A DNA stretch of 64,000 nt from Verrucomicrobiota bacterium (GTDB lineage Bacteria; Verrucomicrobiota; Verrucomicrobiia; Opitutales; Opitutaceae), in NCBI GenBank assembly GCA_043815125.1, contig JBDRJH010000198.1, positions 4,892 through 68,891 of the forward strand, written 5' to 3'. This document shows positions 1-10,019 of this stretch, in pieces. The first letter of the stretch is position 1; every line of letters begins with the position of its first letter. The notes beneath the pieces are model-generated. The model saw only the letters and a program-made list of their open reading frames with translations, did not search any database and had not been told where the DNA came from. A program made the position numbers and the translations under genes.

Positions 1-1806
1 GACAACGGCAACGCCTTCCTGAGCGGCTTCACCGCCTTCAACATCGTCAGCTTCACCCACGGCCCCGACGGCGCGCTCTATTACACGGACAGCAACCAGG
101 GCGACTCCACCGGCACCGGCTACCGCCTCGGCCGCATCCGCTACGTCGGCGGCGAGCCGCCCGCGGTCGCGTTCTCCGCCGAGACCTCCGCGCCCTCCGG
201 CGAGGCCCCGCTCACCGTGCAGTTCACCGACGCCTCCACCTCTGCCGGCACCATCGCCGCCTGGTCGTGGAACTTCGGCGACGGCAGCACCTCGACCGCG
301 CCCAGCCCCGAACACACCTACACCACGCCCGGCGTCTACACCGTCACCCTCACCGTCACCGACAACGTCGGTCTCACCGCCACCGAGACCACCACCATCA
401 CCGTCGTCCACCTCACGCAGCTCCGCCTGCACGGCGCCGTGCTCGACGCGCGCGCCCCCCGCGCCGTGCCGCTCGCCGCGGCCACCGAGTTGCGGCTCTA
501 CCAGGCCGACGGCGTCACTCCGCTCGTCTTCGCCGGCGGGGTGGGGGACGACGGCAACGCGCTCACGGTCGCGGCGGGCGGCCTGTTCGACGCCACCGTC
601 AACGTCGGCCTCACCGGCCCCGGCATCGTCGTCAGCGCGGGCGAACCCGCCGCCGACGGGGTGGGGGAGGCCCTGGCCGGCTTCGCCCTCTCGCTCTCCG
701 AGACCGCGCAGGAGATCGAGACGACCTACCGTCTCGCCCCGGCCGTCGTCACCGGCCGCGTCGTCGACACGCTCGGGCAACCCGCCGCGCTCGACCTCGG
801 CGTCTCGCGCGGCGATCCCGCGCACCCGTATCCGGTATCCGGATATGGCGGCTCGCACCGGGTGTTGTCCGACCCGCTCGGCTACTACCATGTGGCGGTC
901 CGCGCCGGCGAGGCCGACGCCACCTTCACCCTCGACACCGCCGGCGAACTGCTGGCCGGCACCCACGGCCGCACCCGCGTGAGCTTCACCCTCGCCGAGG
1001 GCGAGTCCCTGCGGCGCGACGTCGTCGTCGGCCTCTACGACGGCGCCGACGGCGAGGACGACCTCTCCGGCCAGGCGGTCACGCCGGACGTCGACTTTGC
1101 CGCGCAGGTGCAGCCCATCTTCAACTCGCTCTGCGTCGCCTGTCACAACGACATCGCCACCAACAGTGGCGGCCTCGACCTCCAGTCCGGTGCCAGCCTC
1201 TCCGAACTTGTCGGCCGCATCAGCGTCGAGGCCAAGGGCGTCATGCTGGTCGACCCCGGTCACCCGGAGCGCAGCTACCTCATGGAAAAACTGGGCTCGG
1301 ACAACCCGCAGGTCGGCACCCGGATGCGTCCCGGTAACGCCATCGACCTCGCGTTGCAGGCGCTAGTGCGCGACTGGATCGCGCAGCTCGAGCCGACCCC
1401 CGACGCGTTTGAGGCCTGGCGTCTCGCCGCCTTCGGTGAGTTCGCCGGCGAGCCGGAGGCCCTGGCGGCGGCCGACTTCGACGGCGACGGGTTGTCCAAT
1501 CTGTTTGAATACGCCCTTGGCTCCTCGCCGGTGACGGCCGACGGCGACGCCGTCCGTCCGCAGCTCGCGGTCGTCGAAGAGTCGGGGGAGCGTTATCTGA
1601 CGCTCACCGTCGCCCGCGACCCCGACGCCGAGGGCCTGGCCTGGCTGGTCGAGGCCAGCGAGGATCTCGCCGAGCCGACCGCCTGGACTGCCGTCGAGAC
1701 CATCACGCTCACCGACACGCCGTCACTGCTCGTTGTGCGCGACACCGTGCCGCTCTCGGAGACGCCGCGCCGCTTCCTGCGCGCCCGGGTCACGACCGCG
1801 GAGTAG
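1..1806 (+). CDS. Secreted multidomain protein, 5'-partial. Beta-propeller-like N-terminus, PKD domain, PSCyt1-type CxxCH domain, and a C-terminal Ca-binding-like DxDxDG/LFEYALG module.
   Basis: Frame 1 is open from base 1; the ORF track starts at GTG 217 only because it needs a start codon. The PKD signature 'WNFGDGSTSTAPSPEHTYTTPGVYTVTLTVTD' is present. 'QPIFNSLCVACHND' is a planctomycete-type cytochrome-c (CxxCH) motif. 'DFDGDGLSNLFEYALGS' occurs near the C-terminus. TAG stop at 1804-1806. Confidence 0.75.
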   Translation, partial: DNGNAFLSGFTAFNIVSFTHGPDGALYYTDSNQGDSTGTGYRLGRIRYVGGEPPAVAFSAETSAPSGEAPLTVQFTDASTSAGTIAAWSWNFGDGSTSTAPSPEHTYTTPGVYTVTLTVTDNVGLTATETTTITVVHLTQLRLHGAVLDARAPRAVPLAAATELRLYQADGVTPLVFAGGVGDDGNALTVAAGGLFDATVNVGLTGPGIVVSAGEPAADGVGEALAGFALSLSETAQEIETTYRLAPAVVTGRVVDTLGQPAALDLGVSRGDPAHPYPVSGYGGSHRVLSDPLGYYHVAVRAGEADATFTLDTAGELLAGTHGRTRVSFTLAEGESLRRDVVVGLYDGADGEDDLSGQAVTPDVDFAAQVQPIFNSLCVACHNDIATNSGGLDLQSGASLSELVGRISVEAKGVMLVDPGHPERSYLMEKLGSDNPQVGTRMRPGNAIDLALQALVRDWIAQLEPTPDAFEAWRLAAFGEFAGEPEALAAADFDGDGLSNLFEYALGSSPVTADGDAVRPQLAVVEESGERYLTLTVARDPDAEGLAWLVEASEDLAEPTAWTAVETITLTDTPSLLVVRDTVPLSETPRRFLRARVTTAE

Positions 1807-1835
1807 CCTGTGGAGCAGCTCCCCGCGTGGCCTGG

Positions 1836-2996
1836 TCACGACGCGCTTTTTTTGGCGGCTCGCCGGGCAGCGGCCGGCGCGCCGGTCGAGGCGCGGGGCA
1901 CCAGCCGGGGGCGCACGATGTAGGTGATCTCGTTGTCGAAGGAGCCCTGCAGTTTTCGCGAGATCGCGTCCACCAGCAGGCGGGCGATGTCCGTCGCGCC
2001 CACCCGCACCGTGGTCAGGGAGGGGGTCATCACGCCGGCCATGCGCACGTCGTCGTAGCCCATCACGGAGATGTCCGCCGGCACCCGCACGCCGGCCGCG
2101 GCCAGGGCCTGCAGGCAGCCGAAGGCCATCTCGTCGTTGAGGCAAAAAACGGCGGTCGGTCGCCGGGGCTCGGCGAGGATGGCGGCGGCCGTGCGCGCGC
2201 CCGAGTCCGCGCTGAAATTGCCCTTGTAGACGCGCAGCCGGGGCTTGGCGCCGGTGCCCGCGGAGAGGGCGCGCTCGAAGCCCGCCAGACGCAGCGCGCT
2301 CACCGGCTGGGGCGGTGCGGCGACCACCGCGATGTCGGTGTGGCCGAGTTCCTGCAAATGGCGTCCGGCCAGGAATCCGCCCGCCTCGTCGTCCGCGCAC
2401 AGCGTGGTCAGCGAGTCGATGCGAGGGTGGGGGTCCAGCGCGACCAGCGGGATCTCGCGGGCCAGGTGTTCGAGCGCCACGAGGTCCGCGGGACGCCCGA
2501 TCAGCACGAGCGCGGTCGGTTGGTCGCGCCGGAGCGAATCGAGCCACTCGCCCTCCTCCGCGCGACCGCGGGCCGGCAGGATGTGCAGGCTGTGCAGGTC
2601 CAGATGCAGCAGGCGGCGCATCTCCTCGATGATCTCGAAGTGTTGAAAACCGAACATGCCGGATTCCTGCAGATCGGGCACGATGCCGATGGTCCAGCGT
2701 TCCGAGGCCTGCAGCTCGCGGGCGTCGGGGTGGCGCACGGCGTCGGGCGCATCGCCGACATAGACGCCCTTGGCGGGCAGGGCGTGGATCAGCCGCTCGC
2801 GTTTCAGCTCCTGCAGCGCGCGGCGCACCGTGAGGCGGTTGATCCCGTAGTCGCGGGCAAAATCGGAGTAGGAGGGCAGCCGCTGGCCGTTCGTGTAGTG
2901 GCCGGTGAGGATGTCGTTTTTCACATCCTTCACCAGTTTGAGGTAAAGAAATTCCTGACCCGCCGGACGTCCGCCGGTCTTGCGTATCTTGGGCAT
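1836..2996 (-). CDS. Transcriptional regulator with an N-terminal GntR-type winged HTH fused to a LacI/PBP1-type sugar-binding domain.
   Basis: ORF 1836..3065 trimmed to the internal ATG at 2996 (MPKIRK...). The HTH is 'SYSDFARDYGINRLTVRRALQELKRERLIHALPAKGVYV'. The rest resembles a periplasmic-binding-protein type 1 fold ('VFCLNDEMAFGCLQALAAAGVRVPADISVMGYDD'). It is divergent from the GH3 gene. The alternative start at 3065 is not excluded. Confidence 0.8.
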   Translation of the reverse strand: MPKIRKTGGRPAGQEFLYLKLVKDVKNDILTGHYTNGQRLPSYSDFARDYGINRLTVRRALQELKRERLIHALPAKGVYVGDAPDAVRHPDARELQASERWTIGIVPDLQESGMFGFQHFEIIEEMRRLLHLDLHSLHILPARGRAEEGEWLDSLRRDQPTALVLIGRPADLVALEHLAREIPLVALDPHPRIDSLTTLCADDEAGGFLAGRHLQELGHTDIAVVAAPPQPVSALRLAGFERALSAGTGAKPRLRVYKGNFSADSGARTAAAILAEPRRPTAVFCLNDEMAFGCLQALAAAGVRVPADISVMGYDDVRMAGVMTPSLTTVRVGATDIARLLVDAISRKLQGSFDNEITYIVRPRLVPRASTGAPAAARRAAKKSAS

Positions 2997-3065
2997 CGGG
3001 CGAATTACCCCCGCGACCCCGCGCGAATGCAAACCAGTTTTGGCCGCGATCCGGCGGTTCAGCAA

Positions 3066-3218
3066 TGCACCGCTCCCATCGGGCGGCGTGGAGTTTTACG
3101 GTTTTTTGGAATAAACTAGATTGCAAATTCATGCAAACAAGTGCGCATATTGGCGAATAATAACTAAACTAGTTTGGTTATTGGTCTGTTCCTGCTCCCG
3201 CAACCGCATCATCCAGCC
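3066..3218. promoter_or_regulatory. AT-rich divergent promoter/operator region between the GntR/LacI-type regulator and the GH3 gene.
   Basis: This stretch is strikingly AT-rich for a high-GC genome. 'AAACTAG' occurs at 3114-3120 and 3165-3171, the latter inside the palindrome AAACTAGTTT (3165-3174). 'TGCAAA' repeats in 10-bp phase at 3122 and 3132. Confidence 0.4.
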
Positions 3219-6200
3219 ATGCACTTCGCTCCCTTCACCTCTTCGCCGTGCGCCGCCCCCCGGGCGGACGCCCCGGCCCGGCGCCGCCCGCAGCGGCCGC
3301 GCCTCGCCTCCGCCCTCCGTTCCGTTCTCGGCCTCGCCACGCTGGCCTGCGCCGCCTTCACCGCCACGCCCGCTCGCGCCCAGGGCGTGAACCTCGCCCT
3401 CGGGAAAACCGCCTCCGCTCCCACCACCGAATACGGCCTGCCCGCCTTCGCGGTGGACGGCGACCTCGACACCCGCTGGGGCAGCGAATTCAACGACGAC
3501 GAATCCATCACGGTCGATCTCGGCGAACCCACCGCCATCGGTCGCGTCATCCTGCGTTGGGAAACCGCCTACGGCAGCGGCTACAAGATCCAGGTCTCGG
3601 ATGACGAGCAAACCTGGACCGACCTCGCCACCGTGACCAACGGCGACGGCGGCGTGGACGACCTCGCCGTCTCCGGCAACGGCCGTTACCTGCGCGTCCA
3701 GGGCCAGACCCGCGCCACCGGCTGGGGTTACTCGCTTTGGGAGATCGAGGTTTACGCGCCCGCCATCGTCGTGCCCGCCGGCGACCTCGCCCTCGGCAAA
3801 CCCTCCGCCTCCTCCCCGCTTGAAGCCGCCCACCTGCACGCCGGCCTCGCCTTCGACGGCGACCCCGACACCCGCTGGTCCTCGGAATTTGCCGACCCGC
3901 AATGGATCCGCGTCGACCTCGGCGAATCCTACCCGCTCTCGCGCGTCGTCCTGAACTGGGAGGCCGCCTGCGCCGCCAGCTACACCATCCAGGGTTCCAA
4001 CATCGACTCCGATCTCGACGCCGACTGGACCCCGATCGCGCCCGCCATCACCGACGGCGCCGCCGGCGCCCGCGAGATCGCGGTGAGCGGCGCCTACCGC
4101 TACGTCCGTGTCCACGGCACCGCCCGCGCCACGCCGTGGGGCTACTCGCTGTGGAGCTTCGAGGTTTACGGCGACACCGGCGGCGGCGATCCCGACCCCG
4201 AGGAACCGCCCGTCCAGACCACGAACCAGACCATCAAGCTCGTCTTCCCCGATCTCGCCTACGCCAAGATCAACGTCTCCCCCGCGCCGCTCTCCGTCAC
4301 GCCCACCCCCGAGGAGGGCGACACCACGCCTTCGGTGCGCAACGCCGGCGTGTTCACCTATTTCCTGACCTTCGCGCCCAACACCACCGTCACGCTGTCG
4401 AAGAACCAGTTCTCCCCGACCCAGGCCAACACCGACATCCGGCTCGCCGTCACCGACTGGTCCGGCGAAGCCCTCTCCGCCCAGAGCGTCACCACGCTCG
4501 CCGTGCAGGACGCCGAGTGGCGCGTCGAGGTGTATTCAACCGGCAATGACAACGGCGACGGCCGCGACCGCACCATCATTCCCGATCCCTACGCCGCGCC
4601 CGCCGCGCCCGAGGTCGCCGGCGACTTCCCGGTCAACGCGCCCGCCGACGGCGCCATGATCACCACCACGCGCCGCCCCACGCTCGCCTGGTCGCCTGTC
4701 TCCGGCGCCACGAGCTACGAGGTCTTCGTCAACGTCACCCGCAACGACTACGACTGGTTTGCCCCCGGCAGCCTGCTCGATCGTTTCACCTCCCTCGGCA
4801 CCGTCACCGGCACCAGCTTCACCCTCGCCGACGACCTGCCCGACCGCTGGACCTACAAGTGGTATGTCGTCGCCACCACGCCCGGCGGCGCGCTCCGCTC
4901 CGACCTGCGGACCTTCTCGGTCTACCTGCCCCACGTCGAGCAACGCGCCGATGGCGTTGCCCTCATCGGCGGCAAGCGCGACCTCAACAAAAACGGCGTC
5001 ATCGATCCCTACGAGAACTGGGAAAACCCCGTCGCCACCCGCGTCAACGACCTCCTCGGCCGCATGACCCTGCGCGAAAAAACCTACCAGATGTTTTTCA
5101 ACGCCTACGAGTTCCCGCTCGCCGGCTTCACCTTCGGCCCGCTCGCCGTCGAGGACATCCAGACCGTGCAGCAAAACTCCGCAGCCACCCGCCTCGGCAT
5201 CCCGATCATCGACGCCGGCGACACCATCCACGGCTACAAGACCAGCTACCCCATCCAGCCCGGCCTCGCCGCCGGCCGCGACCTCGACACCGTCTGGGAG
5301 ATGGGCGACATCCAGCGCCGCGAGGAACTCGCCGTCGGCAGCCGCGGCACTCTCTCGCCGCTCGCCGAGGTCGGCACCAAGGCCCTCTACCCGCGCATCC
5401 AGGAAGGCTGCGGCGAGGACGCCGATCTCGCCGCCGGCATGGTCCGCGCCTTCGTCGCCGGCCTCCAAGGCGGCCCCGAGGTCAACCCGCACTCCATCTG
5501 GATCACCGTCAAACACTGGCCCGGCCAGGGCGCCGGCGGCGAGGGCGGCATTGTCTATGACGGCACCACCATCCACTACCACATGCGCCCCTGGCACGCC
5601 GCCATCGAGGCCGGCGCCAGCGGAATCATGCCCGGCTACGCCGGCAGCTGGCTGCTCGGGCCCGACGGCTGGGGCGCCGGCGATGACCCCGGCATCATCG
5701 CCTACCTGCGCGACCAGATGGGCTACGACGGCCTGATCTGCTCCGACTGGCTCCCGGTCGGCGCCTGGATCCGCTCCGCCAACGCCGGCTCCGACGTCAT
5801 GGGCGGCGCCAACCCCGGCGAACCCGGCTCGCTCGACGCCTTCGAGGCCCAGGTCTCCGAGGCCACCATCGACGCCGCCGTGCGCCGCATCCTCGACGTG
5901 AAGTTCCGCCTCGGCCTCTTCGAGGATCCCTACCGCGAGACCGGCGCCGGCACCGCCGCCTGGCACACCGGCGAAAACGTCGCCCTCGCGCGCCGCGCCG
6001 CCCGCCAGTCCATGACCCTGCTCAAGAACGACGGCATGCTCCCGCTCCGCGCCTCCTCCGGCGCCATCGTCATCGCCGGCCCCCGCGCCGACGACGCCGA
6101 GGCCGGCGCCATCTGGCGCTCCGCCGTGGACGTGAACGGCTTCGGCTCCAAGTCCATCTACACCGCCGTCAAGGAACGCGCCGAGGCCGCCGGCCTCACC

Positions 6201-7756
6201 GTCTACCGCGACGCCGCTCCGGCCGGCACGCCCGTGCTCGGTGCCATCGTCGTCGTCGGGGAAAAATCCTACACCCACGGCACCGAGTGGCCCACCGACC
6301 TGCCCTACCTGCCCGGCGACTTCGCCGCCGGCCCGCCGCACGACTTCAGCGTCTATCCCGACCAGTTCGGCATCATCCAGGGCTTTTATAACCAGGGCGT
6401 GCCGGTGACGACCGTCGTGTATTCACCGCGCCCCTACGTGTTGACCCACGTCGAGGCGATCAGCGACGCGTTGCTCGTCATCTATCGCCCCGGCGACGAG
6501 GGCGGCCCGGCCGTGGCCGAGACGCTCTTCGGCGACAACCCGCCCAGCGGACGCCTGCCCTGGCAGTTGCCCCGCTCGATGGCCCAGCTCGGCACCGACA
6601 ACGAGGCCAACCAGCTCGAACGCTGGGACATTCCCTACGATCTCGGCGCCACCGAGGCCGAGCGCACCCTCATCCGTGCCCACATCGCCGCCGGCGAACC
6701 CGTGCCCCCGATCTACGGCAACCCGCTGTATCAATTCGGCGACGGCATCCAGGGCTACGGCCTCGTTGACGCCACCCCGCCTGCCGCCTTCGCGCTTACC
6801 GCGCCGGAGAACGCCGTCGAGATCACCGCCGGCCTGCCCCTGTTTACCTGGGAGGCCGCCTCCGATCCGGAGACCGGCATCCAAGGCTACGAGGTCTTCA
6901 TCGACGGCGTCTCGCGCGGCGTCACCAAGACCAACGCCTTCAGCCTCGACGGCGGCCTCGGCAACGGCCTGCACACCTGGCAGGTCGTCGCCCGCAACTG
7001 GGCCGGCGGCGTCACGGAGTCGCCCGTGTTCAGCTTCACGTTGAACGACACCACCCGCCGCCGGCCTTCGGCGCGTTTTATCCCGCCGCCGGCGCCACCG
7101 TCGCCGTCGGCGCGAACACCACGTTCATCTGGGAGCAGAGCTTCGACACCGGCTCCGGCACCGCCGCCTACACGCTCATCATGGACGGCATCGACGTTGC
7201 CCCGGCCGTCGCGCCCACTCCCTACGTGCCCGCCACGGTCAACCTCTCCGTCGGCGCCACCGCGTCCGCCACCTCCACCGAGTTTGGCAACGCCAACGAG
7301 GCCATCGACGACAACCCCGCCACCCGTTGGTCCAGCGCCGTTGTTGGCCAGGCCAACCCCGACGACCAGGCGATCACCATCGACCTCGGCGCGGTTTACT
7401 CGATCAAGCGCGTCGAGCTCGATTGGGAGGCCGCCTACGGCAGGCACTACGTCATCGAGACCTCGCTCGACGACGGCGCGACCTGGCAAGTCCTCGCCAC
7501 CGAGCCCAACGGCGACGGCGGCGCGGATGTGCATGACAACCTCGCCGGCGTGGGCCGCCACGTCCGCATGCGCGGCGTGGAGCGCGGCAGCGGCTACGGT
7601 TACTCGCTGTGGGAGTTCCGCGTCTTCGGCACCGGCACCGAGCAGGCCACGGTGACGGGTCTCGCCTCCGGCTCGCACACCTGGCAGGTTCGGGCCGTCG
7701 ACGGCGCCGGCAACACCACCCTGTCCGGCGCTCCGCTGAGCTTCGTCAAACCCTGA
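3219..7756 (+). pseudogene. Large secreted glycoside hydrolase family 3 (beta-glucosidase-like) protein with three F5/8 type C (CBM32-like) modules and Fn3-like modules. The reading frame is broken by a 1-nt frameshift near 7054-7056.
   Basis: A signal peptide follows ATG 3219. There are two N-terminal discoidin modules ('DGDLDTRWGSEF', 'DGDPDTRWSSEF'). The GH3 core contains 'KHWPGQGAGGEGG' and 'LICSDWL'. After '...FSFTLNDTT' frame 0 degenerates into P/S/R-rich sequence. Frame 2 continues with 'PPPAFGAFYPAAGATVAVGANTTFIWEQ...', a third discoidin module ('DDNPATRWSS') and a TGA stop at 7754-7756. Confidence 0.8.
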
Positions 7757-7833
7757 TCCCCGCGCGCACGCCCCGGTCCTCCGGGTCCGGGGCCTGCGCG
7801 CCACATTTTCCCCACCCCAAATTGTTCAACATC

Positions 7834-9099
7834 GTGAAAACCACCACCGTCCCCTCCGCGCTCCGGCGTGCGTTTCCCTTCCTGCTCGCCGCGGCCTGCG
7901 CGACCGCGGGCCTCGACTTGCAGGCCCAGACCGCCGTGCCCAAGCGCGGCCTTTGCGCCAACAAGCTCTCCCCCGAGGACATCAAGGCCCTCGAGCCCGG
8001 CGTCGGCTGGTGGTATAGCTGGTATCACGAAACCAATGACGGCGTGCGCGGCAGCCCGATGCAGTTTATTCCCATGATCTGGGACGAGGCCCCCGACCGC
8101 CTCACCGGCGCGGAAAACTTCCTGCGCCGCTCGCCGAAGCCGCCCCTGCTTTTCGCCATCAACGAGCCCAACCTCACCGGCCAGGCCAACCTCGCGCCGC
8201 AGGACGCCGTCGAGTCCTGGAACAAGATCTCCCGGCTCGCCAAGTCCCGCGGGATTCCGCTCATCGGCCCGCACATGGCCATCGGCGCGCCCGGCAACGA
8301 AATCGTCAACGGCTGGGACCCCATCCAGAACAAGCGCCGCAACCTCAGCTACATGATCGACTGGATGGACGCCTTCTTCCACTACGTCGACCCCGCCACC
8401 GTCGACGGCCTCGGCCTGCACGCCTACGGCAACATCCACGAACTCAAGTGGTCGGTCGGCGAGCTCCACAAGAAATACAACAAGCCCGTCTGGATGACCG
8501 AGTTTGCCTGGTGGGACGCCAAGGACACCGCCGAGGAGGCCGCCTACATGATCGAGGCCCTCGACTTCCTTGAGCGCGACCCGCGCGTCGCCGGCTACGC
8601 CTGGTTCAAGGAGCGCATGGGTCGCGGCCCCACCAAGCTCAACCTGCTGGAGGAAGGCAAACCCGGCGAGCTCACCAAGCTCGGCAAGATCTACGTTCAC
8701 TTCCCGACGCACGACCCGAAGTTCTTCGCCAAGGTGCCCGGCCGCATCGAGGCCGAGGCCGACACCACCATGAGCGGCGTGAAGCCCGCGCTCACCACCG
8801 ATCCGGGCGGCAAGTTCGAGGTCGGCGACATCGACGCCGGCGACTGGATGGATTACCAGATCGAGGTCGCCGCCGCCGGCCGTTACCGCCTCGACCTGCG
8901 CACGAGGGGAGGGCGCCCCGTCGCCATGAAGGTGCACTGCGCCGGCCGCCAGATCGGCGCGCTCAAAGGCGAGGCCAGCCCCGAGACCTGGCAGACCATC
9001 GGCACCGAGGTCACGCTGCCCGCCGGCCGCCACACCCTGCGCCTCGAGGCCGAAGGCGGCGGCTACGCGCTCAACTGGCTCGAATTGAAACGACTCTGA
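7834..9099 (+). CDS. Secreted glycosyl hydrolase (clan GH-A 'glycosyl hydrolase catalytic core' type) with a C-terminal CBM6-like carbohydrate-binding module.
   Basis: ORF 7609..9099 trimmed to GTG 7834, giving the signal peptide 'VKTTTVPSALRRAFPFLLAAACATAGLDLQAQ'. 'GVGWWYSWY', 'FAINEPN' and 'VWMTEFAWW' are typical acid/base and nucleophile glutamate contexts. The C-terminal 'GRIEAEAD...GDWMDYQIEV...YALNWLEL' looks like CBM6. Confidence 0.75.
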   Translation: MKTTTVPSALRRAFPFLLAAACATAGLDLQAQTAVPKRGLCANKLSPEDIKALEPGVGWWYSWYHETNDGVRGSPMQFIPMIWDEAPDRLTGAENFLRRSPKPPLLFAINEPNLTGQANLAPQDAVESWNKISRLAKSRGIPLIGPHMAIGAPGNEIVNGWDPIQNKRRNLSYMIDWMDAFFHYVDPATVDGLGLHAYGNIHELKWSVGELHKKYNKPVWMTEFAWWDAKDTAEEAAYMIEALDFLERDPRVAGYAWFKERMGRGPTKLNLLEEGKPGELTKLGKIYVHFPTHDPKFFAKVPGRIEAEADTTMSGVKPALTTDPGGKFEVGDIDAGDWMDYQIEVAAAGRYRLDLRTRGGRPVAMKVHCAGRQIGALKGEASPETWQTIGTEVTLPAGRHTLRLEAEGGGYALNWLELKRL

Positions 9100-9137
9100 A
9101 CGACGACCGTTTCGGACCCGACCCGCGGTCCAACCCA

Positions 9138-9168
9138 GCCCGGCGCCCGCAAGGCCCCGGGCTTTTTT
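9138..9168 (+). terminator. Rho-independent terminator candidate downstream of the CBM6 hydrolase gene.
   Basis: GCCCGG (9138-9143) pairs with CCGGGC (9157-9162) and is followed by a T6 run at 9163-9168. Confidence 0.55.
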
Positions 9169-9290
9169 GCGCCCGCTTTCCGGAAGCCATCTGGGAAATC
9201 GTGGCCCGCCCTGAGAAGCCCCGGCTGGTTCGCGGCAACGACCACCGCGGGCCCTGTGAATAACTTTCCGGCCGGAAACCGCTGATTCCA

Positions 9291-9346
9291 TGGGAGTTTT
9301 CTTGACCAAAGTGGGTTAAAGTGGGACGAAATGGGGCATCGTGGGG
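9291..9346 (+). promoter_or_regulatory. Putative MraZ operator / dcw promoter region: a phased TGGGN direct-repeat array.
   Basis: TGGGN pentamers start at 9312, 9322, 9332 and 9342, exactly 10 bp apart. A fifth starts at 9291. TTGACC lies at 9302-9307. The array ends 23 bp upstream of the mraZ ATG at 9369. Confidence 0.6.
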
Positions 9347-9368
9347 GAACTCGCGGTCCACCGTATCC

Positions 9369-9821
9369 ATGGCACAACTCGGCAAACCGTTTTACACCGG
9401 CCTCTTCAGGCACGGTCTGGACGACAAGAATCGGCTCACGATTCCGTCGGCCTGGCGGTCTGCGCACGAGGCGACCGACACGTTCCTCGCCACCCCGCAC
9501 CCGGACGGTTACGTCGCCATCCTGCCGCCCGCCGAGGTCGAGAAGCTCCACGCCAAGATCGCCGCCATGGCCCTCACCGACAGCGAGGCCCAGGACGTCG
9601 CCGCCAGCTTCTTCGCCGCCACGCACGCCTTCACCTTCGACAAGTCCGGCCGCATCGCCCTCACCGACGAGCTGCGCAAACACGCCGGCATCGACAAGGA
9701 CGCCGTGCTCGTCGGCTCCATGACCAAGTTCAACGTCTACAGCCCCGAACTCTGGGAAAAGCGCCAGCAGCGCATGTCGGGCGAAAACCTCGGCGCCGCC
9801 ATGCGCCGCATCGGAATCTGA
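9369..9821 (+). CDS. mraZ: Transcriptional regulator MraZ.
   Basis: ORF 9321..9821 trimmed to ATG 9369. 'MAQLGKPFYTGLFRHGLDDKNRLTIPSAWR' and a second half-domain 'FTFDKSGRIALTDELRKHAGI' give the duplicated SpoVT/AbrB-like MraZ motifs. It is the first gene of the dcw cluster. Confidence 0.9.
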   Translation: MAQLGKPFYTGLFRHGLDDKNRLTIPSAWRSAHEATDTFLATPHPDGYVAILPPAEVEKLHAKIAAMALTDSEAQDVAASFFAATHAFTFDKSGRIALTDELRKHAGIDKDAVLVGSMTKFNVYSPELWEKRQQRMSGENLGAAMRRIGI

Positions 9822-10019
9822 GCATGAACGCCTTCAACTCAGACCACCCGAACCGCGCCAAGGCCGTCCGTTCCGGGCCGGCTGTCCGCATTCGCACCGC
9901 GGACGCGACCCTCGTCATTCGTCACCGCCCGCTGCCCGGCCTGCGCCGCGTCGCCGGTCAATCGCAACCCGTCGAGCCCGCCCACCATGTGCTGCGCGCC
10001 GCCTGAACCCGTCGCCACG

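Noticed and set aside
267-1337. 356-aa arginine-rich ORF overlapping the first gene in another frame.
   Set aside because: It is extreme R/H/P low-complexity sequence. The overlapping frame 1 carries PKD and CxxCH motifs, so this is an off-frame artefact.
9824-10006. 60-aa ORF in the mraZ-rsmH spacer as a candidate small protein.
   Set aside because: Its Arg/Pro/Ala-rich composition is typical of non-coding frames in this genome. It has no hydrophobic or recognisable motif. It is kept only as part of the spacer observation.
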